Below the pieces are notes generated by a model. The model was not told where the DNA came from, did not search any database, and was given only the letters and a program-made list of their open reading frames with translations. This document shows, in pieces, positions 13,080 through 27,925 of a stretch of 64,000 nucleotides of DNA. The stretch spans positions 656,890-720,889 of the forward strand of contig NW_018408906.1 in assembly GCF_002113885.1 (NCBI RefSeq), read 5' to 3'. The stretch comes from Mizuhopecten yessoensis. Lineage: Eukaryota. Numbering within the stretch: the first letter of the stretch is position 1; each line of letters opens with the position of its first letter. Position numbers and translations under genes: made by a program.

Positions 13080-16000
13080 CACAGGCGTTTGTATCTGGTA
13101 TCATTCACACATTGGAGTAAGAAATACCCAGATACAAGCGCCTGTGTCGTGTGTGGAAACAAAAACCAGCTGCAGGATAAAGGACAGTATAATACAGTGA
13201 ACACTTTTAATCCCACATAAGATTGGACACGACATGCTATCATTAGATTAACCTGTCTATTCCGACAACACGTGGGACACAATATATTTCTCAGATTAGA
13301 CAGGGTGTCGGACTATAAAGGTCCCATGAGGTAGTTTTCACAAGGAAATCGATTACAGCATTATATTAAATTAGACAGTAAACCAAAATACACAGGGGTC
13401 GGATTTAGACAAAGATGTACTTGGAAATATGCGATCAGGAGATAATTAAGAAATTTCGAAATAAACCTGTTCTCGAGATATCAGAGTTCGTGAAAATCAA
13501 ATTTGGCTGTATAAAACATTTCAACGTGTACACCTTGAACACTACATAAAGATAATACAAAATGTTCCTGGCGTATTCTGTGGTTAAATATTTCAGTCCT
13601 TCTTTAATGGGGACCCAATTCGCGATAAATTGATGTTTAATATTAATGAAACACTCCGTCAAGGGAAATCACTCTCTTTTGAAATCAATGTTCATGGGTC
13701 AGTGAACAGTTCATTGATCAGAGAATAAAGCGACGAACCTTGTAAAGAGATGTTTCAAGTAGCTAATTAATATCATCGAGCCAACGTCATTATCAATTAC
13801 GTCTGATCCTTCATTAAAAGCTTGTCATTTTCTGCTCAGATGACATCACAGTATGACGTCATAAACGGGATAAGTCACGTGGAAACCCTGCCTTGATCAA
13901 CTTCTATTGTCTTCATGTAAATTCAAAGTTGGGATGAAATGACTTACGTAATGTATTGTACAGGAAAGAAAGGTCGCGGGCCTCTGGGGACGAAACGCCC
14001 CAGTAAATGAAATAGGTCGCCCAATAATCTGTTGTTTAGGTAAAGAATTCTTTAGTCGAATTCGGTTTAATCAGACATGAAGTGTAATCATCATCTAAAT
14101 TTCTCAACAAAGCTAAACTTCCGTTGTTCTATTAAATGCTCTTTTGAAATATAAAAATCTAAATTCAGATACAATCTTGATACCAATTTTCTGGTTTTCC
14201 ACGGTAGAGTGCCTGCGATGATGCTGAAATAACAATCTGTCGCGTTTTATCGTAAATACAAAAATCTTTTGTAGCGCCATCTAATTAGACTAGCGAACCA
14301 AGAAAAAAGTTACTGAAATTGTATTTGGATTACAGCAACATCACCAGTCATTTATTGAGAAATTGATAAGACGAATCCCGTCGTGCATTGCGCTAATACG
14401 TTCGGAGATGTTACTTTCAATTTAATGTAACGAGAAGGATTGGACCAATCTAAGCGTGAAGTGGTAATACCAGCCGAACAAATTCCTGATAATGGCACGA
14501 AATGCCAATTTGTATGGAAAGTACTCAATCGGATCTAGCATCGATATACCGGTACCGACATTAACGCTCAACGCTTCCGTGTGTGTCGAAAGAAAGAATT
14601 GTACTCGAAATAATTAGTATACTTGTTAGATTTAATGACAGAACAGGATTACAAGCAAATTGAAACAGAAGCATTTAATAAAACTGTTTCCGCTTTGAGC
14701 TAAATTACCGAAAAACATCGGGATTCAATCAGACATTGGAATAATTTGCTACAGTCTTGTATCTAGAATCGTTCTCAGTTGAACGGTTTCATGAATATTG
14801 AAATGGTAGGGAAGAAAACCTAAAATTAATGAACACCCTGTAGAAGTAATCAAAGAATTCTGTCGGATCGCCCGTCCTAAAGGTCAGCGCGCCGACATCA
14901 AGGCTCACGACCAAGACAAACGCGCCTGTTAATCTGCTAATACCGGGCAAATCGTACGCAGACTTGCTGGCGAGCGAGCGTCATCAGATAATAGCCAAAT
15001 CGAAGTCACCCGGTCTTGACATTAAAGGGATCAATCGTTCAAAGTGATCGATATCGATTAGGCGAATGATTTATTGATTTGGTGTCTAATGATACACACA
15101 GTTTATTTACGGGATCGTATGTATATGTAAGACATAAGTGACTATCAGCCAATATATATGTAAACGTTTGTTCTAGTGGGATTTCTTTTTCATGAAAAAT
15201 GCATATAATACAAAATTTATGTTACAAAGTACGTTATTTTGTCTAAACGCACCATTAATATATATCATGAATACAAGGGGGATTCAGATTTAGGGGAGGG
15301 GCCCTTTTCAGGTAGGACTAAGGGATGGGGGTGTCAAATCGGTATTTTGAAAGACGTTTGGGTTTTAAACAAAATGAAAGAATGAAGATAACGAGAACTC
15401 CCTGGGACCAATGGTTCTATCCCTGACGGGTTAGAATAAATTGTGTGCGCTATCATAATGCAACCTGTGCTAATAGAACCATGCGTAATCTGAACTCCTG
15501 TAGACACTGACCATTTATTTCATGGTCGTCCGTGAGATCGTTGACCCGTTGGAGTTATATGTATATCTATCTTTTATGTTATGAGAAATTATCTATAATC
15601 CGTTATATACAATGTAACCTTCCTAATACGAACACTGTAGTATCCGGATTCCTTTATCAACCAGAACCCATAAACATCCCACGGTATTACTAAGTTTCAC
15701 TTCGATATCGTTCTACGAAAGATAAAACCTGTATAATTCGAACCCTGTATAATCAAGCACCTGTTTAAACCAAAACTCGAACACCGACCCTCTGTTTTTC
15801 ATTTTGTTCTAAATATTTGATGCGACACTGTATATTTTGGAAACCTCTATAAACCAGATTTCTAATCAGGTTCTAAACAAATAATATCTGTATATGCTTA
15901 TTTGCAAAAACATTAAAGTAAATAATTTATCTGTAGGTTAAAACTGTACAATTTAAACCCCGGCCCTTTTATAAATTAGTTTATTTCAATGACTGGTCGA

Positions 16001-17255
16001 TGACATTTTGTCGGAATCAATTAATAAATCTTATTATTTAATCATGGGTTTAACATGTACAAATTGTTGACTAAATTGAAGGGAAATTTATCGGTTTTAG
16101 GCTTAATTTCATTTGCCATGTCAAAGTTATGTGCTTAAATTTTCTGGGTAATGAATTTAATTACTTTAAAGACTTCAAGGAATTTTTAGAATTTAAAAAA
16201 TTCTTGTTACTTTTTACAAAAATCTTTAAAATTGAACGTCAGACTCGTCTACAATTAATGGTTGGGTTACATGTCAGAGCGCCATGATGATTTCTTCCAA
16301 ACTGCTCCGCTACCTCGGAGGAATCCAGTTTTCTTCATCTCAATAACTAATGTAGATTTTTTTTTCTAAATACTATAGTAAAATGAGGTTAAATTCGACA
16401 TTACATATTTGTTAAATTCAGTGTAAATGGTTTGACTTGTCAACAGGTATTTTCCTGCTAGAGAAATGGTTGTTGGTCGGTGTGTTATGGACACGAGCTA
16501 TTCGAAGTATGGTCAATTATCTGTATCATTAGCCTCGACCCCTGTGTGTCGCCAATGGCAAGCCATCCAAGTGTGTTCCGAAATTGTCGTATATCTTTAC
16601 AAGCTCATACAGGCATGAATAATTTGAGTGAGTGTTTTGTTCCGAATGTTGAGGTGTCACTTACAAATTCTAATTGATATTTGTTAACTGAAAAATGTTT
16701 AATAAAATAACAGGTGTTATTATTTTATAAATATCAAAATACGTAATACATGTACTATTAGAAATGTCAAGTTGATATAATTATATCAGAAAAGAAAGAA
16801 AGATAAAGTTGTTTTAATCTCGTGGCAAGTAAAATAATTTATTTGACAAGTAAAGGCACTGTAGTGAGTTAAGATTGTACACAGATTTATAAAAGATTTC
16901 AAACGACATAAATTAAAATACATTTCACGGAGACTCAGTCTGAGAGGGAGTTGATCCCTTATCAGATGTAGCGAGCCTTAGTCTTGTTGAGGTGAGTTCG
17001 TACAGGTCTTTGTAAACCTACTCTATCCGATATCGATAATTGCTTCATTTGTGCGTAAATGAACTGTGACCGGTGCGTTCGATTACATCGTTTTTTTCAA
17101 AACGTCACACGTATGTTTTTTAAAAGAAGGCACCGTGGCATCATTGCTTTGTTCAATGTCAAGCTTATAAACAAGATAACGTTAATTTATAACTTAGATA
17201 TATAGCTGATAAGAAAATAGTAAATAAAAACTAATGATTTAAAAAAAAAAATGTT

Positions 17256-17650
17256 CACTGTGAAACCTGAGTTTACCGATGCCTGTCATTGGCGACATAC
17301 TGTGAAATAATACCTGATTTTAAAGATTATTCTTTATAAAGGTCATATCTATAAAGACGCTGTCTATAATGACCACCTGTCTAAAAAGAATCACCTATCT
17401 ATAAAGACCACCTGTCTAAAAGATCACTGTCTTATAGAATCAAATGCATTTTACCTGTCTATAAAGATCCTGTGTTTTTAAAGGGAATATCAATAAAGAC
17501 CACCTGTATATAATGATCAACTGCCCATAAAGACCGCCTGTCTGTAATGACCACACTTCCGTAAAGATCACGTGTACAGACTGTCTACAAAGACTATCTA
17601 TCTTTTTAAGCAGTCAGCATAGAGAATAATCTGTATATGATCCCACATTT
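17256..17650. repeat. Degenerate short tandem repeat (TAAAGACCACCTGTCTA), probably MITE-derived
   Basis: Roughly ten imperfect copies following CTGTGAAACCTG, which resembles a Tc1/mariner-type terminus. Confidence 0.55.
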
Positions 17651-17773
17651 CTAGAACGACATTATGTATTACCGTGGGAATATCAAAAATTGTCAGATGA
17701 TATACTTTAAGATTACTTTTTATTTTTAGTTTAATATTTTTTCTGCGGATCGGCGACAGTTTTCAAACTTATG

Positions 17774-17948
17774 CATGGTGGTTTAGCGCTACAACTTTTC
17801 CTAGCATGCAGGCACATGGTGGTTTAGCGCTACACCTATTCCTAGCATGCAGGCACATGGTGGTTTAGCGCTACAACTATTCCTAGCATGCAGGCACATG
17901 GTGGTTTAGCGCTTCAACTATTCCTAGCATGCAGGCACATGGTGGTTT
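17774..17948. repeat. 41-bp minisatellite, 4.3 near-identical copies
   Basis: CATGGTGGTTTAGCGCTACAACTATTCCTAGCATGCAGGCA at 17774, 17815, 17856, 17897. Confidence 0.95.
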
Positions 17949-19517
17949 CAAACTAAACTGTTATCTAATGTAAGTGCCTACGACTTCAATTGCCATGAAA
18001 ATCGCCAAAATACTATTACCTCCAAAAAAATAAGTACGTTTACAGTCAAGTCTATAATAGTACCCTATCTATTAAGAAACAAGGTGATTTCTACCTCGGA
18101 CCTCCGTTAAATATCACAGACAAAGAAGATTTTTCATCAAAGTCCGACTGTACAATTTCTATATAAATTGCACCTCTGTAATAAGAACGAAAGGAAATCG
18201 TAGTCGGTCTAAACAGCTTCCACTGTGATAAGGTGTCGATGATATATGTAATCGTATGTAAGCGTACACATGTTTACGGATTACACAACATTCAATTTAG
18301 ACAGGTCGTAACGGTGTAAGTAAAAAATGCAACTACAGCAATTGGTACGGTCGATTGCCGATGTATATAGGTGCGCTTCCGAAAATAGCTCTTTCACAAA
18401 AGGTAATTTTAAAAAAAAGTTTTATGAAAAAAACTACTGTATTTAATTTGTACATGAACAATAAGACTTTAAAGAGACATTACTTATGCATTTAACATAT
18501 AAATATGCTTTTCTACCGACCAAAAGTTCGAACTTCATATACTAGTCTACATAATATATATATCGTCCACAAGTTGCTGTTAAAAATTAAGTTAACCACA
18601 TTATCTGAAAACGTTATAAATATGCAGTTTTGTATCGTCACAGACATATCAGTATATTGTGTATTTCATGTCACAAATTTCGGCTTTACATGTTTCTCTT
18701 GCGCACACAACTCCAGTAACAAGAGTGTCGGACGGACTGGGGTGGGTGCTACAGGTCCTATGCTGTAACATTAAAGTGACATGGCTCTATAGGGGAAAGA
18801 AACAGCTTCAAGCACGGTCCCCTCGCAACATAGCACCAATATGTCCCCAGCACACACCAATACGTCTCCAGCACACACGCAGGCACAAACACATGTGGAT
18901 GTATTAGTCAGGTGGCATAGAACCGATGAATTTTGCCCGAAAAGGAAGCTCCCGCGAAATCTTCATATTGTATTGAATGTATTGATGGTATAGATTAAAT
19001 ATCTTTATCTTGAAAATTATATGTGTCTTAGACTTGGTTCATGCATATTCGCTAAACAGTCACTAGAACTGAAGAGAGCGGTTTGGCTAAATTCAGTAGT
19101 TAAAGATGGAATATTGTTTTAAATTCAAACTTAGTTTTCTCAGCGTGTTGCATGTACTGATATAATGCTTTCAAGTTCATATGGAACAAAAACTAAACAA
19201 TAAATTTACTGAGAAAACTGGTTGTTCAGCGGCGAATATGAAGTCCGTCCGATGCCATATCAAACATTCAGTTGTTTTTAACATGACACTTGTGTCTTCT
19301 TTCATGACGTAACCCGTAGATACCTTTACATCCGGGTTCTTTATTTAATTGTTTATAATGCAATCTGTATATTGAACCCTGTATAACCAAGAAACCAGTA
19401 GAAACAGACCATTCATTTTTAGTGTCGTCCTTAGGGAACGTTGGTCCTTTTTACGTTTGATAATTTAACCTTATGATAATCAGCTTCAGTCAGTTGCATG
19501 TAAATAGGGTGTGACAG

Positions 19518-19675
19518 TGTGTTCGGATAGCACAGTGGGTAGCGCATTCGCCTTTCACAATGCCGTTCGGGGTTCGATTCCCCGGATACTCCAGGTTTCT
19601 TCTCAAATGAAGATTCCCTGTACCCTACCATCCGGGCTAATAAAAGTGAAAAATATAAGTTGATGTAAATATTTC
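19518..19675 (+). mobile_element. Internally deleted copy of the V-type tRNA SINE
   Basis: TAGCACAGTGG ... TCGCCTTTCAC ... GGGGTTCGATTCCCCGG, then ATACTCCAGGTTTC ... ATGAAGAT ... ATCCGG ... AAAAGTGA ... AAGTT, colinear with the 10821-11029 copy. Confidence 0.8.
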
Positions 19676-20850
19676 AAATATAATAAAACTTTATTTTTCC
19701 AGTGGGGCGGGGGAGAGGTTCTTGCTGCTGTTGAAAACGACGAGGGAAGACTTTGTTTTAAATACACTTGTCTATAGCTCAATGTTAGACATATAGGTAA
19801 AATGGAATAACTTGTATGTCTATTGAGATGTATGTCTATTGAGATGTATGTTTATTAAATCTGTCAAATGAATAAAAATTACTTGAGTACAAAGATGTAT
19901 ATCTGGCGTTTTTCAACAAAGCGATTTTGTATAGACATTTAAACTCCTTCTTTAAAGCGTCAGGCACACGTTAAAACTTTCTTATTATAGTTACTTGTTA
20001 CGTTGATTTATTATCGCTAATTCTTATCGATTTATCGATCTCACGCCATCAAAACCAATGCATTGATCACCGTCAATGTTATATAAACATTTACTACTTA
20101 CTGTGAAAATGGTGTGGAAATCTTCGCGTCTATACGGTATGAAGATAGTGGAACTTTCACGGTTTGCCTCTTCTAGCTATGTTGATGTGGAATTGTATTG
20201 GTGTAGACATTTTTGTGTTTGACTCTTCACTTCATACTATAAAAGGTATTGGTGTTTTCGTGTTTTCAATCTTAAGTCTTACAGCGTGAGAATTTCGCGT
20301 TTTTGCAGTCCAAAGAAGTAAAAGAATGCTTTGTAAATTGTTCGCGTTTTGACGCTTCAAACCACAACATTGTGTAATTTTTCGCGTTTTGACTCCCTAA
20401 ACTGTATCGGTGTGAAACTGCTCGCTGTTTTACTCTTCAAACTGTTAGAGCGTGTATATTTTTTCACCGATTTAGTAAATGCGAAATTAGTAAAACTACC
20501 CATTATTAACATCGCAACATATTAAACTATGCGTAAATGTCCTCGTAAATTTAGATTCGATAGTTTGATGTGTTTGAACGATTGGATTGGTAGCGATGAT
20601 TATGAACTTATAGGTTGTAGAAACAACCATGCCGAAACTTTCATTAACAACCGCAAAACTGCGAAGCTTGTTAAAGTCATGGTTAAGTTACAAATTACAA
20701 CAGTTAAATTCCATTTTTTTAAATACGTGTTTACTGTAAATGGCTATAATTTAAACAATGACATCTTTTGGAGGCAACTACTTTAATTGATTAACGCGGT
20801 AGTTTCTAAAATGAAATCGCATGCAGGGCCGTGGGAAAAGCTATTAATGT

Positions 20851-20966
20851 GTATGGTAGGGTTGTATTAATATTTTGCTTACCCGAAGCAGTTATATTCC
20901 GCGAGTGCAAAGCTCGGGGTGATTTTGACTGCTGAGGGTGAACAAACATTCATATCACCCTACCAC
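20851..20966. mobile_element. Short palindromic element
   Basis: GGTAGGGT ... ACCCTACC outer arms; CCCGAAGCAGT ... ACTGCTGAGGG inner arms. Confidence 0.55.
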
Positions 20967-21247
20967 TTTTTTATTGTAACTTTACGTGATGATATAAGTC
21001 ACTCAATTTTGACCCGTATTTAAACATACGAATTAAGGGGAATATGGAGGGGGGGGGGGGGGAAACGTGGAAGAAAAGCCGACTCTTCGTGAACACCCGC
21101 AATGCATTACAAAACTGTTTGCTCAGAATCATTTTGATTTTTATCTGCTGTATAAATTTCTGAGTATTGAATAGATAAACGCACTATTTTTTCTCTTAAA
21201 ATGAATAACAAGAAAACCTATAGAAACCTAATCTTCACTAGATAACA

Positions 21248-21590
21248 CACTCATTCCTCTTCGTGCCGTCTTGCGAGTGAGGCGACTGCAAGGTACCCTC
21301 ACCTGGGTTCTACTTGGTGCTGCTCCTTGTGCCGTCTCCAGGGTCAGTCCTCTGCTGTTGATCTCCTCCATAACGATTCACCTCGACGTCCTCTATTTCT
21401 TTTCCCTTATGGTGACCATCGTAGAGCCTTCCTTGGAACAGGGCTGTATGGCACGTGATAGTTGCGTCCTTGCAATCGTCAGCGCCGTTATCTGTAGTTC
21501 TTCCTTTGAGACAGAAATTGGCCAGACAATCTTGAGGATGCACCTTATGTCCTTGGTTTGGAATACCTTGATGCTTCCAGCACACGTGGC
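21248..21590 (-). mobile_element. Decayed, 5'-truncated RTE-type LINE 3' fragment
   Basis: Minus translation gives VFQTKDIRCILKIVWPISVSKEEL, then ALRWSP*GKRNRGR and WRRS, typical of the RTE-clade ORF C-terminus, with stops and frameshifts; ends GCACGAAGAGGAATGAGTG. Confidence 0.75.
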
Positions 21591-24363
21591 TCGCGATCGT
21601 CTGTTCAAAGCCTGGTTAGCTTAACCAGTCATTAACACAAATTTTCAAAATGTGATTTTGTGAACCTTCTAAAGAATAATAAGTTCGTGTTTGTTGTCAT
21701 GACATGATCATTTTGAATAATTTTACTTATAACTTAAGTTTTTAGTTTCTGTCTTTTTGAAAATATACGTGTTTAAATGTTAAGTTGCCGTCAAGCTAAG
21801 TGGACTCTGACACAACTGGGCCTTGATCGGTACGTATACAAGAGGGCGCCGATGACGTTTCTGTCCAAGATCCATAGGTCGTATTCATTAAACCGTTCTC
21901 ACGTTCAAGTTCCTATTCTGTGCTCAAGCCTTTATTTTTGTTTAAAAAATCACAGCTTGTCCGTGAGTTTGAAGATTTTTTTAGAGACTGGAAGCCAAAT
22001 ACCATTTTCATTATTAACATATGACTTTTTGACAGCGTCACACGATTAGAGTACAGATTCCATGTTTGAGCATGAAAACGGTTTCATGAATACGGGTCCT
22101 GATCTTGTGTTTTGTATTAAGGCTGGTGGATCGCCAATTTAGATTTAGCATTAGCAAGTATAGGTTCCACACTGTCTTATAACCTGCGTAATGAGAAACC
22201 CTGTAGAAACCAAAACTTCAACTTAATTATAAGTTGTAAGATCTTTTTTTACGTGAATCATTCCTGTCTAATCCGAAAAGAATGTCTGTTTTAACGGAAA
22301 TATTTGTACCGGTGTTACTGCAGACAGATGAAACTGGTTTCGTGGTAAACTTCGCAGTAGGCAGACAATATTTCCCTCTGCAATAATTGTCATTTATTTT
22401 ACTTATGACCTTATATTGGATTACATTTGTCTTCCTCCTTAAACAGAACACAATGTTCAAAAATGCCGATCTATGTCCGTTCGGTCATTCCGTATGCACA
22501 TTCCAATTAAAGTTTCTATGGTAGGATTCATATAACTTTCTGACACAATGTCATGTTAATAGTTCGTGTGGTGTGAATTCTGCCGCCACTTAATTATTTA
22601 ATTTTTCTAATTAACTTGGCATGGATTTTAATTAAGCCAGCACTTTGTGTGTAAAGTAGACCAGCGATCAATACGGAAGTCTTGTTAGCGATGATTTAGG
22701 GAGAACCGTGCGTGTTCCATCGACTTCATGTTTTGAAATAACGTATTAAAATATTTTGGTATTTTTATCAAAGAAAACGAATTTATATCACGTTATAAAA
22801 GCGGCTTGTTAGCATTCATAATTATTTTTGGCACTTAAGAATATTATATTTACCGGGTTCTTTTCGTTCGTGTGATAGTAATAAACACTGTTGTAAATAT
22901 TGATATTATCATAACGTCGGGTGTACGACAGGGCGTTCGTTTAGACCCTATTTTTTAAGTGTATAAATTTGACTTTTATTTAGAAAAAGGGTCAATATGT
23001 TTAAATCCTTTATGTAACACATAAGAGTTTTAGATACAAAAGGTTGCACCAACAGGCACGGCCGACGAGTTAAATGACGTGCAGTCTTATAAGTTCAAGC
23101 AACTGTTTTCTTTTCAAAAAATTAATAATCCCGTTTTCAATGCTATTATGTGACGAAGAACTTTAACTCACCACCTGAGGTACCTATTGTTATTTTTGTT
23201 TGAGGAAGAATTATATTAATTTACGCGTTGGATTCTTTTAATTGAAATCCTAAGAGTCAATTTATGATATTTGAGGAGGTTGACTCTTCGCCTTGGAAGC
23301 AGTGTCCGTTTACAAAGATCTGATTGAAATACATGAAAGAAAGTCCCATAAATTTATCACTGTCATCATTAAAGAAATAAAAGAAAAATTAATTTCAATT
23401 AGATTTTGAATATCACAAAACACAGTTTCTTTGTATGAAATATATTTAAGAGGCGCAAAAGGGACCGTAACACCGCGCGATATCTCTTTAATATTTTTTT
23501 TATATTTTTTATAAAACAAAATATATAATTGTTGATTTCACTGTCGTTAATTTTTCCATTACACAGTTTCATTTTATTTAATGTATTTAATCATCTTTAA
23601 TTTCTTCAATCATTATATATAATCCATCTATTATTTATAAAATAAGTGGATCTTCATTTCTGTTTAGAACCTAAATGTATCTCTGTTTCCGGTGATCCTT
23701 TCGGGGCCTCAGTGGCATTCAGATTACCTGTTTGTGGAACTCTTCTATGTTTACGTCATCATCACGGGTATTTTGGGGCGCCCTAATGACAGACTAAGCG
23801 AGTAATTAAGGGGTGGCCCCACTAATTGACTCCCAGCCCTGAGTACATGTCAGCATGCTTGTTAGGAACGGCATATTGAGGGTGGGGAAGAGAGGGACTA
23901 GCTTGTAGAATATTTCTATCCGCAAAGTTACCATATTTAAATGAATGGCAGGTGTAGTACTATCGTTCTACATCGTTAAATTACATAGGTGTTTTTTTTG
24001 TTAGCAAAAAGAGTGAATAACGGCATGACATAGAAAACTATTTTTAAATCCGCATATCTACAAATTCTAAAAATGTAGTATACAGTCAATCGCTTTCTAT
24101 GTGATTTCTGTTCTGTTACATTTACGTGCTGGTCATCAATGAAACTATATTGAAATGTGCACGTTGATTTTAAACAAAACCTCTTGAGTGTTATACTGAC
24201 CAGTATTATACGATATGTAAAGTTCTTAGTCACATAATATGTCATATTACTAAAATCACGTGACAAATGTTATAATGAGAGAACCGTTACTAGGAGACGC
24301 AGAGCCAATGGAAGTATTTTAAAAACTCTTTACAGAAACGTCTAGGGGGGGGGGGGGGGGGGT

Positions 24364-24487
24364 NNNNNNNNNNNNNNNNNNNNNNNNNNNNNNNNNNNNN
24401 NNNNNNNNNNNNNNNNNNNNNNNNNNNNNNNNNNNNNNNNNNNNNNNNNNNNNNNNNNNNNNNNNNNNNNNNNNNNNNNNNNNNNNN
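24364..24487. other. Assembly gap (124 N) flanked by poly-G, probably within a G-rich MITE
   Basis: N run; G-run to the left; the right side ends CTGGATCTGCCACTG (TIR-like). Confidence 0.95.
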
Positions 24488-27279
24488 GGAGGGGGGGTCC
24501 TGAAGCCACCAACAAAACTCTGGATCTGCCACTGAGCTAGGGTCATATGAGAACGGGAGCCTAGGGAAACAACGCCAGGAAGAGGAAGTAAATAGAAAAT
24601 AAAGAAGAACCACTTTGGGTGAAAACCCCGAATGTGCATGCCAAAGTAAATGACGTCACACTACAGTTGACGCCATTGTTGTGATGTCAGTCACGTTGAC
24701 GTGCGAATGATTGAGTTTGTCAAACATCTGCACAGTCCTGCAGTTAAGTACGTGGTGTATTGGAATTAAAGATATATATCTTGTTTTTGTAATTTTTTTT
24801 CAAACCCCCAAGCGGTGCGAAGCGGCGCCGCCGGGGTTTGATCTGTAAACACTTTGTCCACTTCCGGTGCTTCCCCATGCGTGAAAGCCTTCTGGGAAAT
24901 TAAGGCTGCATACTGTCTATAAAAATATGACAGTAAACCTTATGGTATCCGTATTTATTACAGTTTACTAGTGAAATTTCATGAATTCGACATTTGATAA
25001 AAACATATCGTCAATGCTATTATTGACGCTTTAACACAGAAGACGGTTGTCATTATATCCAGAGATGCATTGTAAAATAAAAAATTGTAGAAATCGCTGC
25101 TACTCTTTCTCAGAAGATGACGTTATTTAAGGAATGATTTTTATTTTTTCAACATTTACATTGACGAATCCTTTCAGTGGATCGATATAACAACCAATAA
25201 AACAAATAAACAGGGTTTGTGCCTGTTTATCCACGGGTGCAACGCAGTGGCGAGCACAGTGTTTTTTCGCGGGGAAATGTGACACTATCGTGAGAGATCT
25301 TAGAAACCGTCAACAACAATAACACAACAAAATGTAGCTCCATATTCAATGTTTATTTGTAGCACAGGTCACGTGAATACGTGGATATTTCACAAAGCAC
25401 AGTTCAATAATATTTTAAGATGTAAGAATTAAGCATCTAGGTCGGTCGTTCCGAGTGAGTAGTTTTTGTAGTGTATTACTACGCAGTGTGATCAGGTTAC
25501 TATCAGTTCCCACGTGCTGAGATTCTATGAACACCTGTGTTATGCATTTATGAATGTAATTTTTGTCAATGGGTCTAAGCATACAGAATGTAAATATTAC
25601 CTTATCGTTGACATTTAATGTACGTTTGCGTGGTGTGGGACGATTAATGAGTGACAATAGTGCAAAATGTAACAATATCGAGCGTGAACGCAATTTTCTG
25701 AACGACGAAATCAATGCCAATAGCAATTTATAAAATAATTATGATCTAAAAAATTCAAGTACGCAGGATTAGTTCCCCCGAAGTTGTTGGACCGTCAGTA
25801 AGTCAATTTCATAAAAAAGATTTGGTGTTCCGCAGCTTTGCTGCATTTTCTTGTTTTTACATAAAATGTCACGTATTTTGAAGAACTGTTAAAACAAGTC
25901 CTCGTCAGGAACCAGATTTATTCATGATTATAATAATTCAACAGTTTAAAGTAAGGTCTACATGTAGACCCGGAAACCAGGTCCGCCACCCGACAACCGT
26001 TCCGGAAGTGCTTAACCCTTCTTTTCCCGGGGGTGTCTTATCTTGAGCCCCAAAAGGATAAAGAAATAATAATTGTGCTTATGGACCCACGGTGTACCTG
26101 TATGATCCGAATTCAGCAAATTGGGACAATTTAAAATAATTTGTTTTACCGATCTTCAACTGTATATGTTTTCGCTAAACCCACCCTGATATTTAATCCT
26201 GGCGTTACCACACAAGCAAATAATTTTTTTTTAGAATAAGTTTCTCTTTGCTAACATCCTGTCTTCTTGAACTTTGTGCAGAATTGAAATTTCTAAATTT
26301 AATTATTTAATTTTTCTTTTTAACCATTAATAATCTCATGATCTTAAAACTTTTTTTGCACATTTGAAAGTTTATCAAATAAAAATCTCAAAAAGTACAT
26401 TTGATATGGATCGAATGATGTCTATGACAAAGACAAATGTTTAAAATGAACTTGGTATTAGATAGGGACTTAGCGATAAGATTTCTTGATCCGTACAACT
26501 GAAAAGTTGATGTTTTGTCACAGCGATGAGATGGGTAACTATAATAAAAGAACCGGAATCGGACCATTTAATATCCGGATTTGATCTTTGATCAAGAATA
26601 ACGAGACAAAACGGAGTTCATTGCGGACGAAACTCCGATTAGTCTTAGAAGTGATATCTTTCAAATAAAATATCAGATTTAAGAATAATTTCATTGAATT
26701 ATATGAAATGATTATCCAATTGAATCGACATATGATACATATCGATCAAAGAGGGAGATTAATTTGATTTAATCGTATCTCATTGATAAATAAAACACAT
26801 TGAGATAGGACGCAACTTTATGTCTCCTCCGTTCACTTTATCAAAATAAATACAAAAAAATAGCATATGATGTTCTTACATGTGGCTAACACATGCCCAG
26901 CTGTAGCAAGTGTAGGTCAAACACAGGCGCCCGGGTTGTGTGCGCCAACGCACAGTAGACGAAATGTGAGAAGCTATCATTTTGTTTGAAAAACATCATT
27001 AACAAAAAAATACAATTTTGAATATCTAACCACAGTTTTACAGATTCATATACAACAGTAAAAATGAACTGTTTATGTGGTGATTATTATGTTGTTATTT
27101 TGTGAAAAACATCGATTTCCAACTGATCCATGGAACTGATAATTTATTGTATTGACAGATTGATAGTTACAAGAGAATGCACGTATTGATATCACACCGA
27201 TATTCTTAATCATTATATACTATTAATTAAGAGTTTCAGAAAGAAGCATACACTATTTCTCGTAATACGGCTGACGGAA

Positions 27280-27925
27280 ATAATGTGAAAGGTGTACAAT
27301 GTAGCATACAGCCTTAACTCTAACACAAATGGCAGGTATGATGAAATCTCAACTCTAACAAATAAAACAGATATAATTGGTAATGTAGCCTACTACCTTA
27401 ACTCAACAAAGATATTATACGTAATGTGCAAGGTAGCACACAACCTTTAATTGAACACTGGTGACATATATAGTGTGAAAGGCAACGTACAACCTTAACT
27501 CTTATACAAATAATAGTTATAATATGTAATGTAGCATACAACCTTAACCCAAATATAACAGATACAATTTTTCATGAAGCATGTAGTCGTAACTGTTCTT
27601 AAATGTACTTGTAATGTGTAAGGTAGCATACACCCTTAACTCTGACACTGGTGACTGATTTAGTGCAAAAGGCAGCACACAATCTTAATTCCAACATAAC
27701 AGATACAATTTATAATGTAGCATACAGCCTTAACTCTACAACGCAAATATATATAACATGTAAGGTAGCATATAACCTTTAATTTAACACAGATTACATA
27801 TATAATATGTAAGGTAGCATACAACCTTAACTCTGACACAAAGATGGAAATACTATAAAAGGTAGCATACAACCTTATAGGTATAATATGTAAGGTAAAA
27901 AAACCATTCAACTTTAACTCGAAAA
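27280..27925. repeat. Old degenerate tandem repeat (~45-50 bp; AGGTAGCATACAACCTTAACTCT core)
   Basis: About 12 recognisable GTAGCATACA-CCTTAACTC cores. Confidence 0.75.

Noticed and set aside
24290-24639. ORFs spanning the N gap
   Set aside because: Artefacts of the N run and poly-G
26095-26116. miR-10-like string TACCTGTATGATCCGAATTC
   Set aside because: Needs indels, including in the seed, and no complementary precursor arm is visible
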